This document shows, piece after piece, positions 1-10,933 of a stretch of 64,000 nt of DNA; within the stretch, counting starts at the first letter, position 1, and the number at the start of each line of letters is the position of its first letter. The stretch spans positions 160,001 through 224,000 of the forward strand of contig JAEOUA010000006.1 in the NCBI GenBank assembly GCA_016839555.1, written 5' to 3'. Position numbers and translations under genes: made by a program. The notes under the pieces were generated by a model that was given only the letters and a program-made list of their open reading frames with translations, did not search any database and was not told the origin of the DNA. This DNA is from Promethearchaeota archaeon (GTDB lineage Archaea > Asgardarchaeota > Lokiarchaeia > Sigyniarchaeales > SOKP01).

Positions 1-1
1 C

Positions 2-568
2 AATTATAAACTATTATTAGATACTTTAAATTTATGGACGGGAAATGGACAATTAACGGTATTGGGAAATAGACTTTACGAGATTTGTAAAAAATATGGG
101 TATAATTCAAATGAATTTAAAGATGCTTTTCATTATGTTGTTTTGACAGAGGGGGGATATTTAAAAATCTTAACTTTAATGGATAAAATACAAGGTATGG
201 AGGATTTTGATTTAAAAGGAACAACTAGAATATTGAATAGAAAAATAAATGAAATAAGAGAAGAATTAAAAATTGAAGGGAGAGATTATGAAGCAGAAAA
301 AGAAAAAGTTTTACCAATTTATGAAGAAAGGGTAAAAAATTATTGGTTTAAAATATTAGCCGTGAAACTTTTCAAAATGGGTTATGGAAAATCTCTAACC
401 CAACTAAATGAAGAATTAAGCCGACGTTTTGGTAATTATTTTCAGAAACAATTAGATACTAATTTCTATCTTAATGATCATTATATAAGAGGAAAAGGTT
501 ATGTTATAAATTGGGAAAGAATTTTAGATTTAATTGATAAAGGGGATAAAAATCTTGACATTTTTTAG
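2..568 (+). CDS. C-terminal part of a hypothetical protein (possible winged-helix region), truncated by the window edge
   Basis: The frame is open from base 2 (NYKLLLDTLNLWTGNGQLTVLGNRLYE...), so the TTG at 62 is probably not the true start. No family recognised. Confidence 0.6.
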   Translation, partial: NYKLLLDTLNLWTGNGQLTVLGNRLYEICKKYGYNSNEFKDAFHYVVLTEGGYLKILTLMDKIQGMEDFDLKGTTRILNRKINEIREELKIEGRDYEAEKEKVLPIYEERVKNYWFKILAVKLFKMGYGKSLTQLNEELSRRFGNYFQKQLDTNFYLNDHYIRGKGYVINWERILDLIDKGDKNLDIF

Positions 569-807
569 CTAAATTATTATTCCAAATAATATTAATTAAA
601 ATAATTACTTTTTAAATTAAATCCTATGGCTATATTTGACAGAATCTATTATTCCTAAAAACTGCAAAAAACTTATTTATTACTCTTAATAATACAAATA
701 AAATATACATATTCTTGACAAATAATTTTATCATATTACTTATCTAATAATCCACTCATATTACCTCCACTAATTAGCTCGCTATATATTTATTTTGCCA
801 ATCTTAT

Positions 808-1368
808 TTTTCCAAATCTTCCTTTAATTCATATTTTTTTTACATTTTTACTTTCAAAAAGAAATATCGGACAGAAATAATTTAGGATATGAGTTCTCCC
901 AAAAGAGCTAAAGCTCCTTGTTTCTTTCTTCTGAGTTTTTTAAACTTGAATTTCATTTCTGATATCTTCCAGATAATAAGGTGTAATATTGTATAAAGGG
1001 TTGATAATTTCCTCTAATAAACCTTCTGATTCATTTACAATAAATAAACCAAGCCCCGAGGATAATGCAATATCTTTTATCGCATCAATTTTATGGCTTA
1101 CACCACCGATATAGGACAGATTCATCCCCGACTTATAGGTGAGTGCCTGCCCAATCGCTTTTTTATACTCCTTTAAGCCTTTTATCTCCACCGCAAAAAT
1201 TTGGTTAAATTCATTTAAGCCGTAGATATCTGGTCGAGCATCACCGATTATTATACTATGCTTATTAAAGTTGAGATTACTGTAAATGGGATGGTCATCA
1301 ATCCAAAAATTCCATTGTTTTTGATATCAATGATCGCAAATTATAGAAACTACTTCTGCCTCTTCCAC
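808..1368 (-). pseudogene. Decayed PD-(D/E)xK restriction-endonuclease-like gene
   Basis: From GTG at 1368 the frame reads VEEAEVVSIICDH*YQKQWNFWIDDH...ARPDIYG...FAVEIKG...AIGQALTY. It has an in-frame TGA at 1327-1329 and a TAA at 940-942, followed by KTQKKETRSFSSFGRTHILNYF. PD...ExK and QxxxY motifs are present. The 3' end is approximate. Confidence 0.7.
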
Positions 1369-1405
1369 ATATTTAAATTATCTTACTTAAAATTTAATTC
1401 TAAAC

Positions 1406-2737
1406 TTAAGTTTTAATATTTTCATTAAAATGATCTTGATCTTCCCAATCTAATTTTGCTTTCTTTTTTAGGATTTTATCATTTATATTTTTCATTTGAT
1501 CTCGAAGTTGATTTATTTTTTTACTAAGAGTTTTATAATCATCTGAATCTTTTATTTCTTTGGGAAAGGCTTCCTTTAATTTCTCATATTCCTCTATAGC
1601 TTGTTTATTTAATTTTGAATATTTTTTTTGGCTATAAACTGTAGGATATTTCTTAAAATTTTTATGTTGATCAATCCACTTATCAATATCTTCAACAAGA
1701 TGCAAATACTCTTTTCTAATATAATTTTCTTTATGTTGATTTTTCCATTCATTATAGTTATTTTCAAAGTTTGGTTTTTCTTTTGACCATAATAAAATAT
1801 AATTTTTTCCATCATCTAACTCACTAAAAGGATTAATTTCAATTCCTTTTCTTCTGGAAATAAATATTTTTTTAAAAATTCTTCTGAGATCAGGCATAAA
1901 TCTTACTCCATACTCCCAATCTTCATCCCCACACAGTTCGCCCCATGTACAATATTTTAAGAGGTTAATGTTTAAATTAAATTTCTCTATTTTTTCTTGA
2001 AATTTTTTTTTCTCAGCTTTATTTTTAAATGAGTTCAATCTTTTATTCTTAGTTCTCTCCTTTTCTCTCTCCTTAATTATCAATTCTCGTAATTCATAAT
2101 AATCTTTTAATTTTTTTTCGCGATTGGGATCATTATCTTTTATCATAAAGAAGGATAAAAATTCTTCCCATAGAGGATTCTTGTCATCATATTCAATATG
2201 AAGATCAATATCTCCGATTTTTTCTTTTTCTCTGAAAAAGCTTCCATAGCCATATATAGCTTTAGGTTTAATGGGGAGATTTTCTAAATTCTTAAAGAGT
2301 TTTTTTAATTTTTCATAAACTTTTTTTTTATGATATTCTCTCGATTGAGGTATAATAGAATCAGTTTTGAACCTATGAAGTATTTGAATATTATCTGGTA
2401 AAAGATTAAAATAATTTTTTCTTTTACAATTAATTATGACAATTACTTTATATCCTTGTTGTTTATACTTTTTAATTCTTTCAAGCATAAATTCAAATTT
2501 CATCTTGCTTACCTTGTTGATTAGATATATAATAAACGACGCTTTTTCATTTAAATCTATAGCATCATATTCTAAATACCCAAAATGCGAGCTTATTTTA
2601 TTGAAGTCATCTAAACACCAATGGGGAGTTTCTAAATATTTAATTCCTAATTTCTTAAATCCCTCTTGGATTTGCTTAGGTATGTTAAAATATTCAAACC
2701 ATTCTTTAATTCTAAAAATTCTGTATCTTTCCTTCAT
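1406..2737 (-). CDS. Pol-beta superfamily nucleotidyltransferase-domain protein
   Basis: Motif IYGYGSFFREKEKIGDIDLHIE (GS...DxD), with long N- and C-terminal extensions. Confidence 0.7.
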   Translation of the reverse strand: MKERYRIFRIKEWFEYFNIPKQIQEGFKKLGIKYLETPHWCLDDFNKISSHFGYLEYDAIDLNEKASFIIYLINKVSKMKFEFMLERIKKYKQQGYKVIVIINCKRKNYFNLLPDNIQILHRFKTDSIIPQSREYHKKKVYEKLKKLFKNLENLPIKPKAIYGYGSFFREKEKIGDIDLHIEYDDKNPLWEEFLSFFMIKDNDPNREKKLKDYYELRELIIKEREKERTKNKRLNSFKNKAEKKKFQEKIEKFNLNINLLKYCTWGELCGDEDWEYGVRFMPDLRRIFKKIFISRRKGIEINPFSELDDGKNYILLWSKEKPNFENNYNEWKNQHKENYIRKEYLHLVEDIDKWIDQHKNFKKYPTVYSQKKYSKLNKQAIEEYEKLKEAFPKEIKDSDDYKTLSKKINQLRDQMKNINDKILKKKAKLDWEDQDHFNENIKT

Positions 2738-3060
2738 TTTTAAAAAGATCTATTAAAATTATAATCTAAAATAATTTTTTCTTAATTTATTTAATTATTT
2801 ATATAAATTGGGTTCTTTTAAGTATCCAAAACCATTTTATATTAATTTAATTTTACTGACTTTATCTTTATAATGTTAAATTTTTCATTTAAAATAAATA
2901 ATATAACTATTTTTTCTTTTTAAAGTGTTAAGTGATTATTAATAATAATAATTAATAGATTCAATATTTTATAGTAATATAATAAACAGAAAGTTCTAAG
3001 CCCTTTAGGTTTTAAATAATTTCATTGATTTTTGAAAAGTAAAAATAGCATCGGTATTAA

Positions 3061-3375
3061 ATGATAAGAAAAAACGATAACTTATTGATATTAATTCAAG
3101 ATATGGGAATAAGTGCGACGCATCCAATTATATTTAAAAGATCGGATAAAAAAATAGTTATATGTAGTGTTTCTAAGAAAAAAAGATATAATTATTCAAT
3201 CATCATCCCTAAAGACCAAATTGAAAATTGGGATTCAAATGATAAATTACATTTTTTAGAATGTATTAATGATACGTCTGTTTTTATAGATTCAGAAAAA
3301 GGTCATGAATTAGCCCAGAAGAATGGAATTGATAAAAAACTAATAGAAGAGGTAAAAAAGTATATAGAACAATAA
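3061..3375 (+). CDS. Hypothetical protein upstream of the MTase
   Basis: 104-aa ORF ending 12 nt before the MTase start, same strand. Confidence 0.55.
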   Translation: MIRKNDNLLILIQDMGISATHPIIFKRSDKKIVICSVSKKKRYNYSIIIPKDQIENWDSNDKLHFLECINDTSVFIDSEKGHELAQKNGIDKKLIEEVKKYIEQ

Positions 3376-3387
3376 GGTGTTCTTTCT

Positions 3388-4857
3388 ATGGTTGAAATTA
3401 ATGTTACTACTAAAGAGTATTTGACATTAAAAGAAGCAGCAGATCTATTTGAAAAATCTGTGTATAATATATCATATTTAGTTCAATATAGAAGAATTAA
3501 CAAATATTATAAAATAGAAGAAGGAGAAATATTAAAATCTACAAAAATTAAAGGTAAAAATATTAAAAAAAATGCTACACCAGTTGTATCTTTTAATGAA
3601 TTAAATTCATATTTTCAAAAAATCAAAGAGCGAGAAAAGGAGATAATAGAAAAAGTACCAAATTGTAATACAGATTTATTGTTTTTTGATTTATCCGAAA
3701 AGGAAAGGACGAAGCATGTCCATAGATTACATCCCTACCTAGGAAAATTTATTCCCCAACTCGTAGAATATTACCTTAATAGAAATTTTGAGAGAGGGGA
3801 TATTATTTTGGACCCCTTTATGGGTTCTGGAACAACCTTAGTAGAAGCGAATACAAAAAATATGAGATCTATAGGAATTGATGTCTCAAAATTCAATTGT
3901 AAGATTGCAGAAGCTAAAATGAAGAAATACGATTTAAAACTTCTTAAAAAGGAATTTACTGAGATCTTAGAAAAAACAACAATACAATCGTCAAAAAAAA
4001 GAGTAAATGGAGAGATCTTCATAAATGGTACAAAAGTTTTAACAAATTTCATTGATAAAGAATTTAGAGATTTTTCAAAAAAATATGAAACGGAAAATAA
4101 ATACATTAATAAATGGTTTGCCCGACAAACTAAAAAAGAGATGTTAATTTATAAATCTTTGATTCCTAATTATACATATCAAAATTTACTTACTGTGTTA
4201 TTAAGTAGAGCAATAAGATCCGCACGTTTGACTTTTCATTTTCAATTAACTCGCTTAAAAGAGCCAATATATGAACCTTATGTATGTTATAAACATAAGA
4301 ATAAAGTTTGTGTTCCAACTCAATCATTATTGGGCTTTCTCAATAGATATACTAAAGATACTTTAAGGAGAATAAAAGAATTCTCAAAGTTAAGAACCAA
4401 TCAAATACATGAAATAATAAACGATGATTCTCGAAAAGTGGATTTAACAGAGATTTTATCTAGTAATTTTAAAAATGAAAAAATTAATGGAATTATAACC
4501 TCTCCTCCTTATGTAGGTTTAATCAATTATCATAAACAGCATTCTTATGCATATGAACTTTTTGGAATAGAGCAAAATATAGAAAAAGAAATTGGAAGAA
4601 AAGATTTAGGAAAAAGTCAAACAGCAATGGAAGAATATAAAATATCTATTGCCGAAGTTTTTGAAAACATTAAAAGATTTCTAAAGGAGAATGCGAAAGT
4701 TTTTATTGTTGCTAACGATAAAAATGATTTATATCCTGAAATTGCTGAATTATCTGGTTATAAAATTATTGATCGCGATGAGAGACCTGTAACCAAAAAG
4801 GCTTCACGTGAGAGAGCTGTTTATACGGAATCAATATTTCATTTTAAACCAATTTAA
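3388..4857 (+). CDS. Amino-DNA methyltransferase (probably m4C) with N-terminal HTH
   Basis: LHPYLGKF, motif I DPFMGSGTT, then motif IV ITSPPY. The N-terminus YLTLKEAADLFEKS resembles an excisionase/MerR-like HTH. Confidence 0.9.
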   Translation: MVEINVTTKEYLTLKEAADLFEKSVYNISYLVQYRRINKYYKIEEGEILKSTKIKGKNIKKNATPVVSFNELNSYFQKIKEREKEIIEKVPNCNTDLLFFDLSEKERTKHVHRLHPYLGKFIPQLVEYYLNRNFERGDIILDPFMGSGTTLVEANTKNMRSIGIDVSKFNCKIAEAKMKKYDLKLLKKEFTEILEKTTIQSSKKRVNGEIFINGTKVLTNFIDKEFRDFSKKYETENKYINKWFARQTKKEMLIYKSLIPNYTYQNLLTVLLSRAIRSARLTFHFQLTRLKEPIYEPYVCYKHKNKVCVPTQSLLGFLNRYTKDTLRRIKEFSKLRTNQIHEIINDDSRKVDLTEILSSNFKNEKINGIITSPPYVGLINYHKQHSYAYELFGIEQNIEKEIGRKDLGKSQTAMEEYKISIAEVFENIKRFLKENAKVFIVANDKNDLYPEIAELSGYKIIDRDERPVTKKASRERAVYTESIFHFKPI

Positions 4858-4989
4858 ATAATTAAAATTTCAAGGTTTTCTTAAAATTTTATTTTTCTTT
4901 TCAATCTTATTAATTTCACACTTTATTCTAAACTTTCTTTCACTAAATTAGTTGGGTTTTTCTTTTCATTATAAAATAAATTTTCAAAT

Positions 4990-6141
4990 ATGAAAAGTAA
5001 TAATGTTAAGAATGGTTTTGTACCTATATCCGAGAATTTAACATTATTTGAAAAAGATCTATCAAAATTAGAAAAAATAAGATACTTAGATACTCCTAAT
5101 TCTTTTTATAAAGAAGCAGCTTACTCAAAAAAAATAGATGGTAAATATACTTATTATTATTTATTTTCTAAAATCAAATCAAGAGACTATATTGAAGGCT
5201 CAGGATATCTCACTCATGGTTTTGATTTTTATCAGGGGAGTTTTCATGCTCAGATGATAAGAGGTTTAATTAATTCTTGTAATCTCGAGGAAAATTCAAT
5301 AATTTTAGATCCATTTTGCGGATGTGGAACGACTTTAATAGAGAGTAAATTATTAAATTTTAATTCAATTGGTATAGATATAAATCCAATAGCTTGTCTT
5401 AATTCTAAAATCAAGACTGAATTATTGGATATAAACACAGAAATATTAAAAAATAATAATGAAAAATTTTTTGATCTTACTTATTATAGTTTTCTTAAAG
5501 AATTTGATAATTTTTTTGATATCTTAAACTTAGATATTCGAACTCTATTTTTTATTTTTCTTTATACTCGTGCTATTTCTGATCATTATTATATATTGAA
5601 AAACATGAATAAAGCATTTATTGATAATTATCATAACATTATAGCCACTCTTTTGAAATTTAATATTTTAAAAAAATCAATTGATTTACCGATGGGAAAA
5701 ACAAAGATTTATCATTCAGATAATTTGAAAAGGTTGCATCAATTTAAATCTAACTCTATTGACGCAATCATTACATCCCCCCCATATATAGATTTAATTG
5801 ACTATATTTCAAACGATCTAAATCAGATTAAGATTTTTCTGAATGAGTCTCAGATAAAATATCTTAGATTATTATCAATAGGTAATAAATTTTCGAAATT
5901 CTCTCAAACAGAGAAAATATATTGGTATAAAATGGAAAGAGTTTTTTATAAGATTTTTGATATTTTAAAACCTAATCATCATTTTATTTTAATTATCGGA
6001 GATTATAAAAATATGAAAGAGAAATTTCTTAAATTATCGAAAAAAATAGGATTCAAAACAGAGAGAGTTCTCTTAAGAAAAATTATTAATAAAAAAGATC
6101 GAATATCTTATGAGCATGTTCTATTTTTATTAAAAGTCTAA
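4990..6141 (+). CDS. Second amino-DNA methyltransferase (probably m4C)
   Basis: THGFDFYQGSF, DPFCGCGTT, ITSPPY. Confidence 0.85.
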   Translation: MKSNNVKNGFVPISENLTLFEKDLSKLEKIRYLDTPNSFYKEAAYSKKIDGKYTYYYLFSKIKSRDYIEGSGYLTHGFDFYQGSFHAQMIRGLINSCNLEENSIILDPFCGCGTTLIESKLLNFNSIGIDINPIACLNSKIKTELLDINTEILKNNNEKFFDLTYYSFLKEFDNFFDILNLDIRTLFFIFLYTRAISDHYYILKNMNKAFIDNYHNIIATLLKFNILKKSIDLPMGKTKIYHSDNLKRLHQFKSNSIDAIITSPPYIDLIDYISNDLNQIKIFLNESQIKYLRLLSIGNKFSKFSQTEKIYWYKMERVFYKIFDILKPNHHFILIIGDYKNMKEKFLKLSKKIGFKTERVLLRKIINKKDRISYEHVLFLLKV

Positions 6142-6149
6142 GAATAAAA

Positions 6150-6443
6150 TTACTTCATATCTAATTCCATATTCTCAAAATTAATAATTAGTTTTTTATT
6201 AATTAGAGAGTATTTTAATAGTTTATCTTGTTGGTCATAAGTTTTTTTAACAAGCTTTATCTCAACGAGATCTTCAATATAATTATAAGTAGTTTGTGGG
6301 TATTTTATTTTAAATTCTTTAAAAATAACAGAATGAATATCTTGTAGACTTAATTTTTTATCTACTAACAAATTTAATATCCTGATTTTCACCGGAGAAC
6401 TAATAATTTTTAAGATTTTAGAAATATTGTCAATCTTTTTCAT
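6150..6443 (-). CDS. ArsR-type winged-helix transcriptional regulator (possible R-M controller)
   Basis: SSPVKIRILNLL...TYNYIEDLVEIKLV; divergent from the endonuclease gene. Confidence 0.75.
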   Translation of the reverse strand: MKKIDNISKILKIISSPVKIRILNLLVDKKLSLQDIHSVIFKEFKIKYPQTTYNYIEDLVEIKLVKKTYDQQDKLLKYSLINKKLIINFENMELDMK

Positions 6444-6555
6444 ATTATATATAACGTAAAAATTAGTGAAAAATAAGTCTTTTTAGCCTTATTCGACTAT
6501 AATTATCCTAAGCCCGCTAATAAGCTATATAAATAATTTTGATTATGCTTTAATC

Positions 6556-7329
6556 ATGTTATTTAAAGACAATTGGCAGGGAGAAGTTTATAGAATATTT
6601 TATGATTTTTTAAAAAGTAAAAAAGAAAAGATTCAAGAAATCTTTAATTGGGAAAGATATAAAGAGGAAAATCCTTTTCATGCCACTTTAATCGATGATC
6701 CTAAATTCTGGAAAGCATGTAAGATAGAAAGAAGTTTTGTAACAACTTTAGGACAATCAGTTTATGAAGATGTAGCCTTAGCAATTTCGAAATATGTATA
6801 TAAAAATGCTGAAAAAGGTTATACTTATACAAGTTCTATTGATAATGAAGTCTATAAAAAAATTAATATGGTAATTAGAGAATTATACGAGGGAAAGAGA
6901 AAGCCGAATTGGGAAAGTGAAGTAAATTTCATTAAACAATTTAAAAATAATAAAAACTCTAAAATTAATCTAAAAATTACTATGGATTTATATATAAATC
7001 AATTTAAAGATGGTTTACCTTTTTATGCTGAGATAAAATCTCCAAAACCAAATAAGGATCAATGTATGGAAACTAAGCTTAAATTATTAAGAGTTTTTTT
7101 TAGTGATGATTGGAGAGGAAACAACATTTTCTTTGCTTTTCCTTTCAATCCTTATATAACTCGTGATAATTATGATCATCCCCATATAAAAGCAATATTT
7201 GAAATTCCAAGAAGTTCTCGTTTATTAATGGGTGAAGAATTCTGGGATTTATTAGGGGGGAAAGGAACATTTAAAAGGATTCTCGAATTGGCAGATAAAG
7301 CAAGTGATGAGGTTAATTTATTGGAATAG
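6556..7329 (+). CDS. Type II restriction endonuclease, TdeIII/MjaII family
   Basis: NPFHATL, ERSFVTTLGQSVYE, MDLY, EIKSPKPNKDQ, FPFNPY and LMGEEFWDLLGG match my recollection of this family; adjacent MTases. Confidence 0.8.
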   Translation: MLFKDNWQGEVYRIFYDFLKSKKEKIQEIFNWERYKEENPFHATLIDDPKFWKACKIERSFVTTLGQSVYEDVALAISKYVYKNAEKGYTYTSSIDNEVYKKINMVIRELYEGKRKPNWESEVNFIKQFKNNKNSKINLKITMDLYINQFKDGLPFYAEIKSPKPNKDQCMETKLKLLRVFFSDDWRGNNIFFAFPFNPYITRDNYDHPHIKAIFEIPRSSRLLMGEEFWDLLGGKGTFKRILELADKASDEVNLLE

Positions 7330-7582
7330 CTCTAATATAAAATTTTTAAATAATATTTTTTATAAATCCATAAAATCCTTGGTTTTTTCATTTAATTCTT
7401 TTCCTTCAATATTTTTTAATCGATTTATATGAAAATAAAGGATATTTTCAAATTAAGAAAAAGCATCATTTAACCCTCTTCTATTTGTATGTGAACAAAT
7501 CAGAAAATATAAATTATTAAATGTAGTTTGATATTTCTCTAACTTTTTATTAAGTAATTTAATACTTCCAGAAAGAGACATT

Positions 7583-10500
7583 TTAAAATGTATTCAATAA
7601 GTTTTCAGCTTTATCAATCCATTTTTTATCATTCACAGCTTCAGCTAGTTGTTTACCTTTTTCTATATTTTTCCGTGATTCTTCGAGAATCTTAAGTTCT
7701 TTATAGCACATACCCATTTTTATATAGGTCTCATACCTAAAATCTTCATCGAAGTAAAAAGTTGGGTCTTCTTCAATAAATTCTATGGCTTTTCCATATT
7801 GATGAATAGCCTTTTCAAATTCATTTGACCACATTAAAATTTCCCCAAAAGAATCATGATAAAATGCGTTTTTTGGGGTCTTATTTATCAAGCGTTTTAT
7901 TATTTTTAATGCTTCTTCTTTATTTTTCAATTTAGCTTTTATTCGCGCCTTATCCATTAAGTCTATATCTTTTTTATTTAATTCAATAGCTTTCTCAATG
8001 GCCTCAAGGGCTTCATCGTATCTTCCTAATTCAAACAAACAATCTTCCTTAATAATATAGGTATCATAATTATCTGGTAATAATTTATTTGATTTTTCAA
8101 TTGAATTCAAGGCTTCTTCATATCTTCCAAGGAATTTCAAGATATACGCTTTCATTATATAAGCATAGGGATCATCTGGTTCTAAATTAATTGCCTGATT
8201 CTCAATTTTTAATGCTTCTTCATATTTTTTCATTCTCCCATAAATTTCTGCCTTAATTTTATATGACAACGAAATACTTGGATTTAGATTAATAGAAATA
8301 TTAATTTCCTCCAATGCTTCTTGATATTTTTTTAAGCGTGCTAATGTTCTGCTTTTCATATTATGATAGTAATAAAAATTTGGTTCCGCATTAATCAAAT
8401 AATTTATTTCTTCCAAGGCGGCTACATTTTCTTCTATGATTTCAAAAGTTTCTGCTTTAATTTCATGTGAATAAAGTTCTTGACTATCTATTGAAATTGC
8501 TTCAACTATGATTTCTAATGATTCAGAAATTCTATCTAGCCATCGCAGGGCAATTGATTTCATTTGCAATCCATATATATAATTTTGATTTATTTCAAGC
8601 GCTTTTTCAGCATTTTCTAAGCTTTTTTCATATTCTTTTAATTCTATAAAAACTTGTGCTTTATATGCAAAAATATATTCATCATTTGGATGATCTTTAT
8701 TTATTTTTTCTAAATGCTGTTGAGCTTCATCAAAATATTTTTGTTCCATTAAAATATCTACATAGAATAATTGATAATCATAAGGTTCAGAACTTAAGTT
8801 AATTGCCTTCTTTATCAATTCTTTTGCTTTCTCTAACTCCCTCTTTTCATATAAAATGTAAGCTTTTTTAAGCAAAAATATTTCATTCCTTTTATCAAGT
8901 TCAATTGCTTTATCAATGGCTTCAAGAGCTTTATCTTTTTTGTCGATATTATTAAGGACCATTGCTTTATTTATGTATAATAATGGTTCTTTCTCATCAA
9001 TTTTTAATCCCTTCTCTACTGTTTTTAGCGCTATATCGTAATTATTCAGATTATCGCATAAAATCCTACTTTTATCAATATACAGACTTGTTTCTTTTGG
9101 ATTAATCTTAATTGCCTTATTAATAACTTGGATAGCACTATTGAATTTGCCTAGTTTCTCTAAATTTTCGTATTTTAAAGTAAGAATTAAATAATTTTCT
9201 GGATCTAGTTCTAATGCTTGATTTATAATTTTTAACGCGTCGCTAAAATTTCCCTTTTCAGTTAAAATATAGCTTTTCTTTAATAGGAGAAGAGAATTTT
9301 TATTATCTAATTTAATCGCTTGGTCTAAAGTTTCAATAGCTTTATTTAATTTATTTAAATTGAGTAAAATCATTGCTTTATTGATATAAAGAGCGATTTC
9401 ATTCTTATTTATATCAAGACCATTATTTACTGTAACCAAAGCTCGATCATAATCTTTGATGAAGTCGCATAACATTCTGCTTTTCATTACGTAATATTCT
9501 ATCTTATTTGGGTTTATATTAATAAATTCATTAATTTTATCAATATATTGTGTATATTTTCCTTTAGCTTCTAAGATTTCTAAAATATCATGATTTTGAT
9601 TCTCAATATTATTATATAAATTAATCTCTTCTCCAACTTTAAAAGATTGGCTCTCTTTTATTTTATTAATATCTCTTAATTTATTTGTAGGTATCTTTTT
9701 TACTTTCTTAAGAATTTCTTTCGATTGAACTGGACCTTTTTCCTTAACATTATTTCTCTCTTGAATAATTTTTTTTGACATATTCCAAATGTCAAAATTT
9801 CTACTATATTCTTTTCTGGTAAATTTTTCTTTTTCATAAATATCTCTATTTATATCCTTAATAATTATGTCTAATAGGTCATAGAGTGCCTCCTTTAAAT
9901 CTTTATGAAATAATTTATAATTTTGAATTAAGTCTGATAAAATATCTTTGTATAAATAGTCTAAACTTTCAGAATTTAACTCAATACAATCTAAATTATC
10001 AAGATAGTAATATCTTTTAAGATTTAATTTTAAAATATTAACAAAAAGATTTCCATATTCAGTATTTTCTCCAAAAAATAGGGGATTTTCTAATGTACTA
10101 GAATTAATTGTATAAACTCTTTTTTCATAGATTTTTTCTTTCAAAATTTTTTGTTTGAATAGTAACAAATCCGCCTCTGTTACATTATCTTCAATGCCTC
10201 TACCTTCTTCATGCATCTTTTTAATAAAATTTTCAACTGAAATAGTATATTTATTATAAAATTTTGGGTGATTATATACCAAATAAAGAAGAAGTTTATT
10301 AAATTTTCTCTCTGAAGGAAAGGTTTCTTGAAGTTTATCATGTGTTATTTTATTGACTAAATCTAAAAACTGCACTTTTATCTCCTCATCTTTAATTTTA
10401 AAATCATTAAAAAATTCTATTATTTTCTGAATATGTTGCTTTAATTTTTTCTGTTCTAATTTATTCAAGGAATTAAAATCTAAAGAATAGTTTTCTAGTC

Positions 10501-10783
10501 TTTTTAATAGTTCAGTCTCTCCTTTTGGTGTTATTTTATATTCACTATTTCTACCTACATAATAGCTAATGATTAAATCCTCTTTTAATAATTCCTTTGC
10601 ATATTTATGAAATGTATTTTTATTAATACGATTATTATTTTTTTTAGTAGTTATAAAGGTTTCACGTTTTAAAGGGCCAAAAACTGCGAGTGCATAAAGA
10701 ATCTCAACTTTATACCTATCACGATTAGTACTATTTCTAATCTTATTTGGAATCTTGTCTGGAATAATATTATTATTTTTCAT
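7583..10783 (-). CDS. Winged-helix DNA-binding protein with a long C-terminal TPR array
   Basis: N-terminal wHTH (NTFHKYAKELLKEDLI...YKITPKGE) and many 34-aa TPR units (e.g. KAYILKFLGRYEEALNSIEKSNKLLP) over the C-terminal ~650 aa. Confidence 0.85.
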   Translation of the reverse strand: MKNNNIIPDKIPNKIRNSTNRDRYKVEILYALAVFGPLKRETFITTKKNNNRINKNTFHKYAKELLKEDLIISYYVGRNSEYKITPKGETELLKRLENYSLDFNSLNKLEQKKLKQHIQKIIEFFNDFKIKDEEIKVQFLDLVNKITHDKLQETFPSERKFNKLLLYLVYNHPKFYNKYTISVENFIKKMHEEGRGIEDNVTEADLLLFKQKILKEKIYEKRVYTINSSTLENPLFFGENTEYGNLFVNILKLNLKRYYYLDNLDCIELNSESLDYLYKDILSDLIQNYKLFHKDLKEALYDLLDIIIKDINRDIYEKEKFTRKEYSRNFDIWNMSKKIIQERNNVKEKGPVQSKEILKKVKKIPTNKLRDINKIKESQSFKVGEEINLYNNIENQNHDILEILEAKGKYTQYIDKINEFININPNKIEYYVMKSRMLCDFIKDYDRALVTVNNGLDINKNEIALYINKAMILLNLNKLNKAIETLDQAIKLDNKNSLLLLKKSYILTEKGNFSDALKIINQALELDPENYLILTLKYENLEKLGKFNSAIQVINKAIKINPKETSLYIDKSRILCDNLNNYDIALKTVEKGLKIDEKEPLLYINKAMVLNNIDKKDKALEAIDKAIELDKRNEIFLLKKAYILYEKRELEKAKELIKKAINLSSEPYDYQLFYVDILMEQKYFDEAQQHLEKINKDHPNDEYIFAYKAQVFIELKEYEKSLENAEKALEINQNYIYGLQMKSIALRWLDRISESLEIIVEAISIDSQELYSHEIKAETFEIIEENVAALEEINYLINAEPNFYYYHNMKSRTLARLKKYQEALEEINISINLNPSISLSYKIKAEIYGRMKKYEEALKIENQAINLEPDDPYAYIMKAYILKFLGRYEEALNSIEKSNKLLPDNYDTYIIKEDCLFELGRYDEALEAIEKAIELNKKDIDLMDKARIKAKLKNKEEALKIIKRLINKTPKNAFYHDSFGEILMWSNEFEKAIHQYGKAIEFIEEDPTFYFDEDFRYETYIKMGMCYKELKILEESRKNIEKGKQLAEAVNDKKWIDKAENLLNTF

Positions 10784-10820
10784 TATTTTATAGTATGATT
10801 AATATAATAAATAGTTTGTC

Positions 10821-10842
10821 ATGCTAGGATATGTCCTAGCAT
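10821..10842. promoter_or_regulatory. Palindromic operator candidate in the divergent promoter
   Basis: ATGCTAGGA-TATG-TCCTAGCAT is a perfect 9-bp inverted repeat, GC-rich relative to the intergenic region between 10783(-) and 10934(+). Confidence 0.65.
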
Positions 10843-10933
10843 TTATATCAAGGTCCCTTAAGGTAAATATATTATCGATTAATTATTTTATATTATAAAA
10901 AAAATGATATATAGTCTAAAGTGAGGTTTAAAC

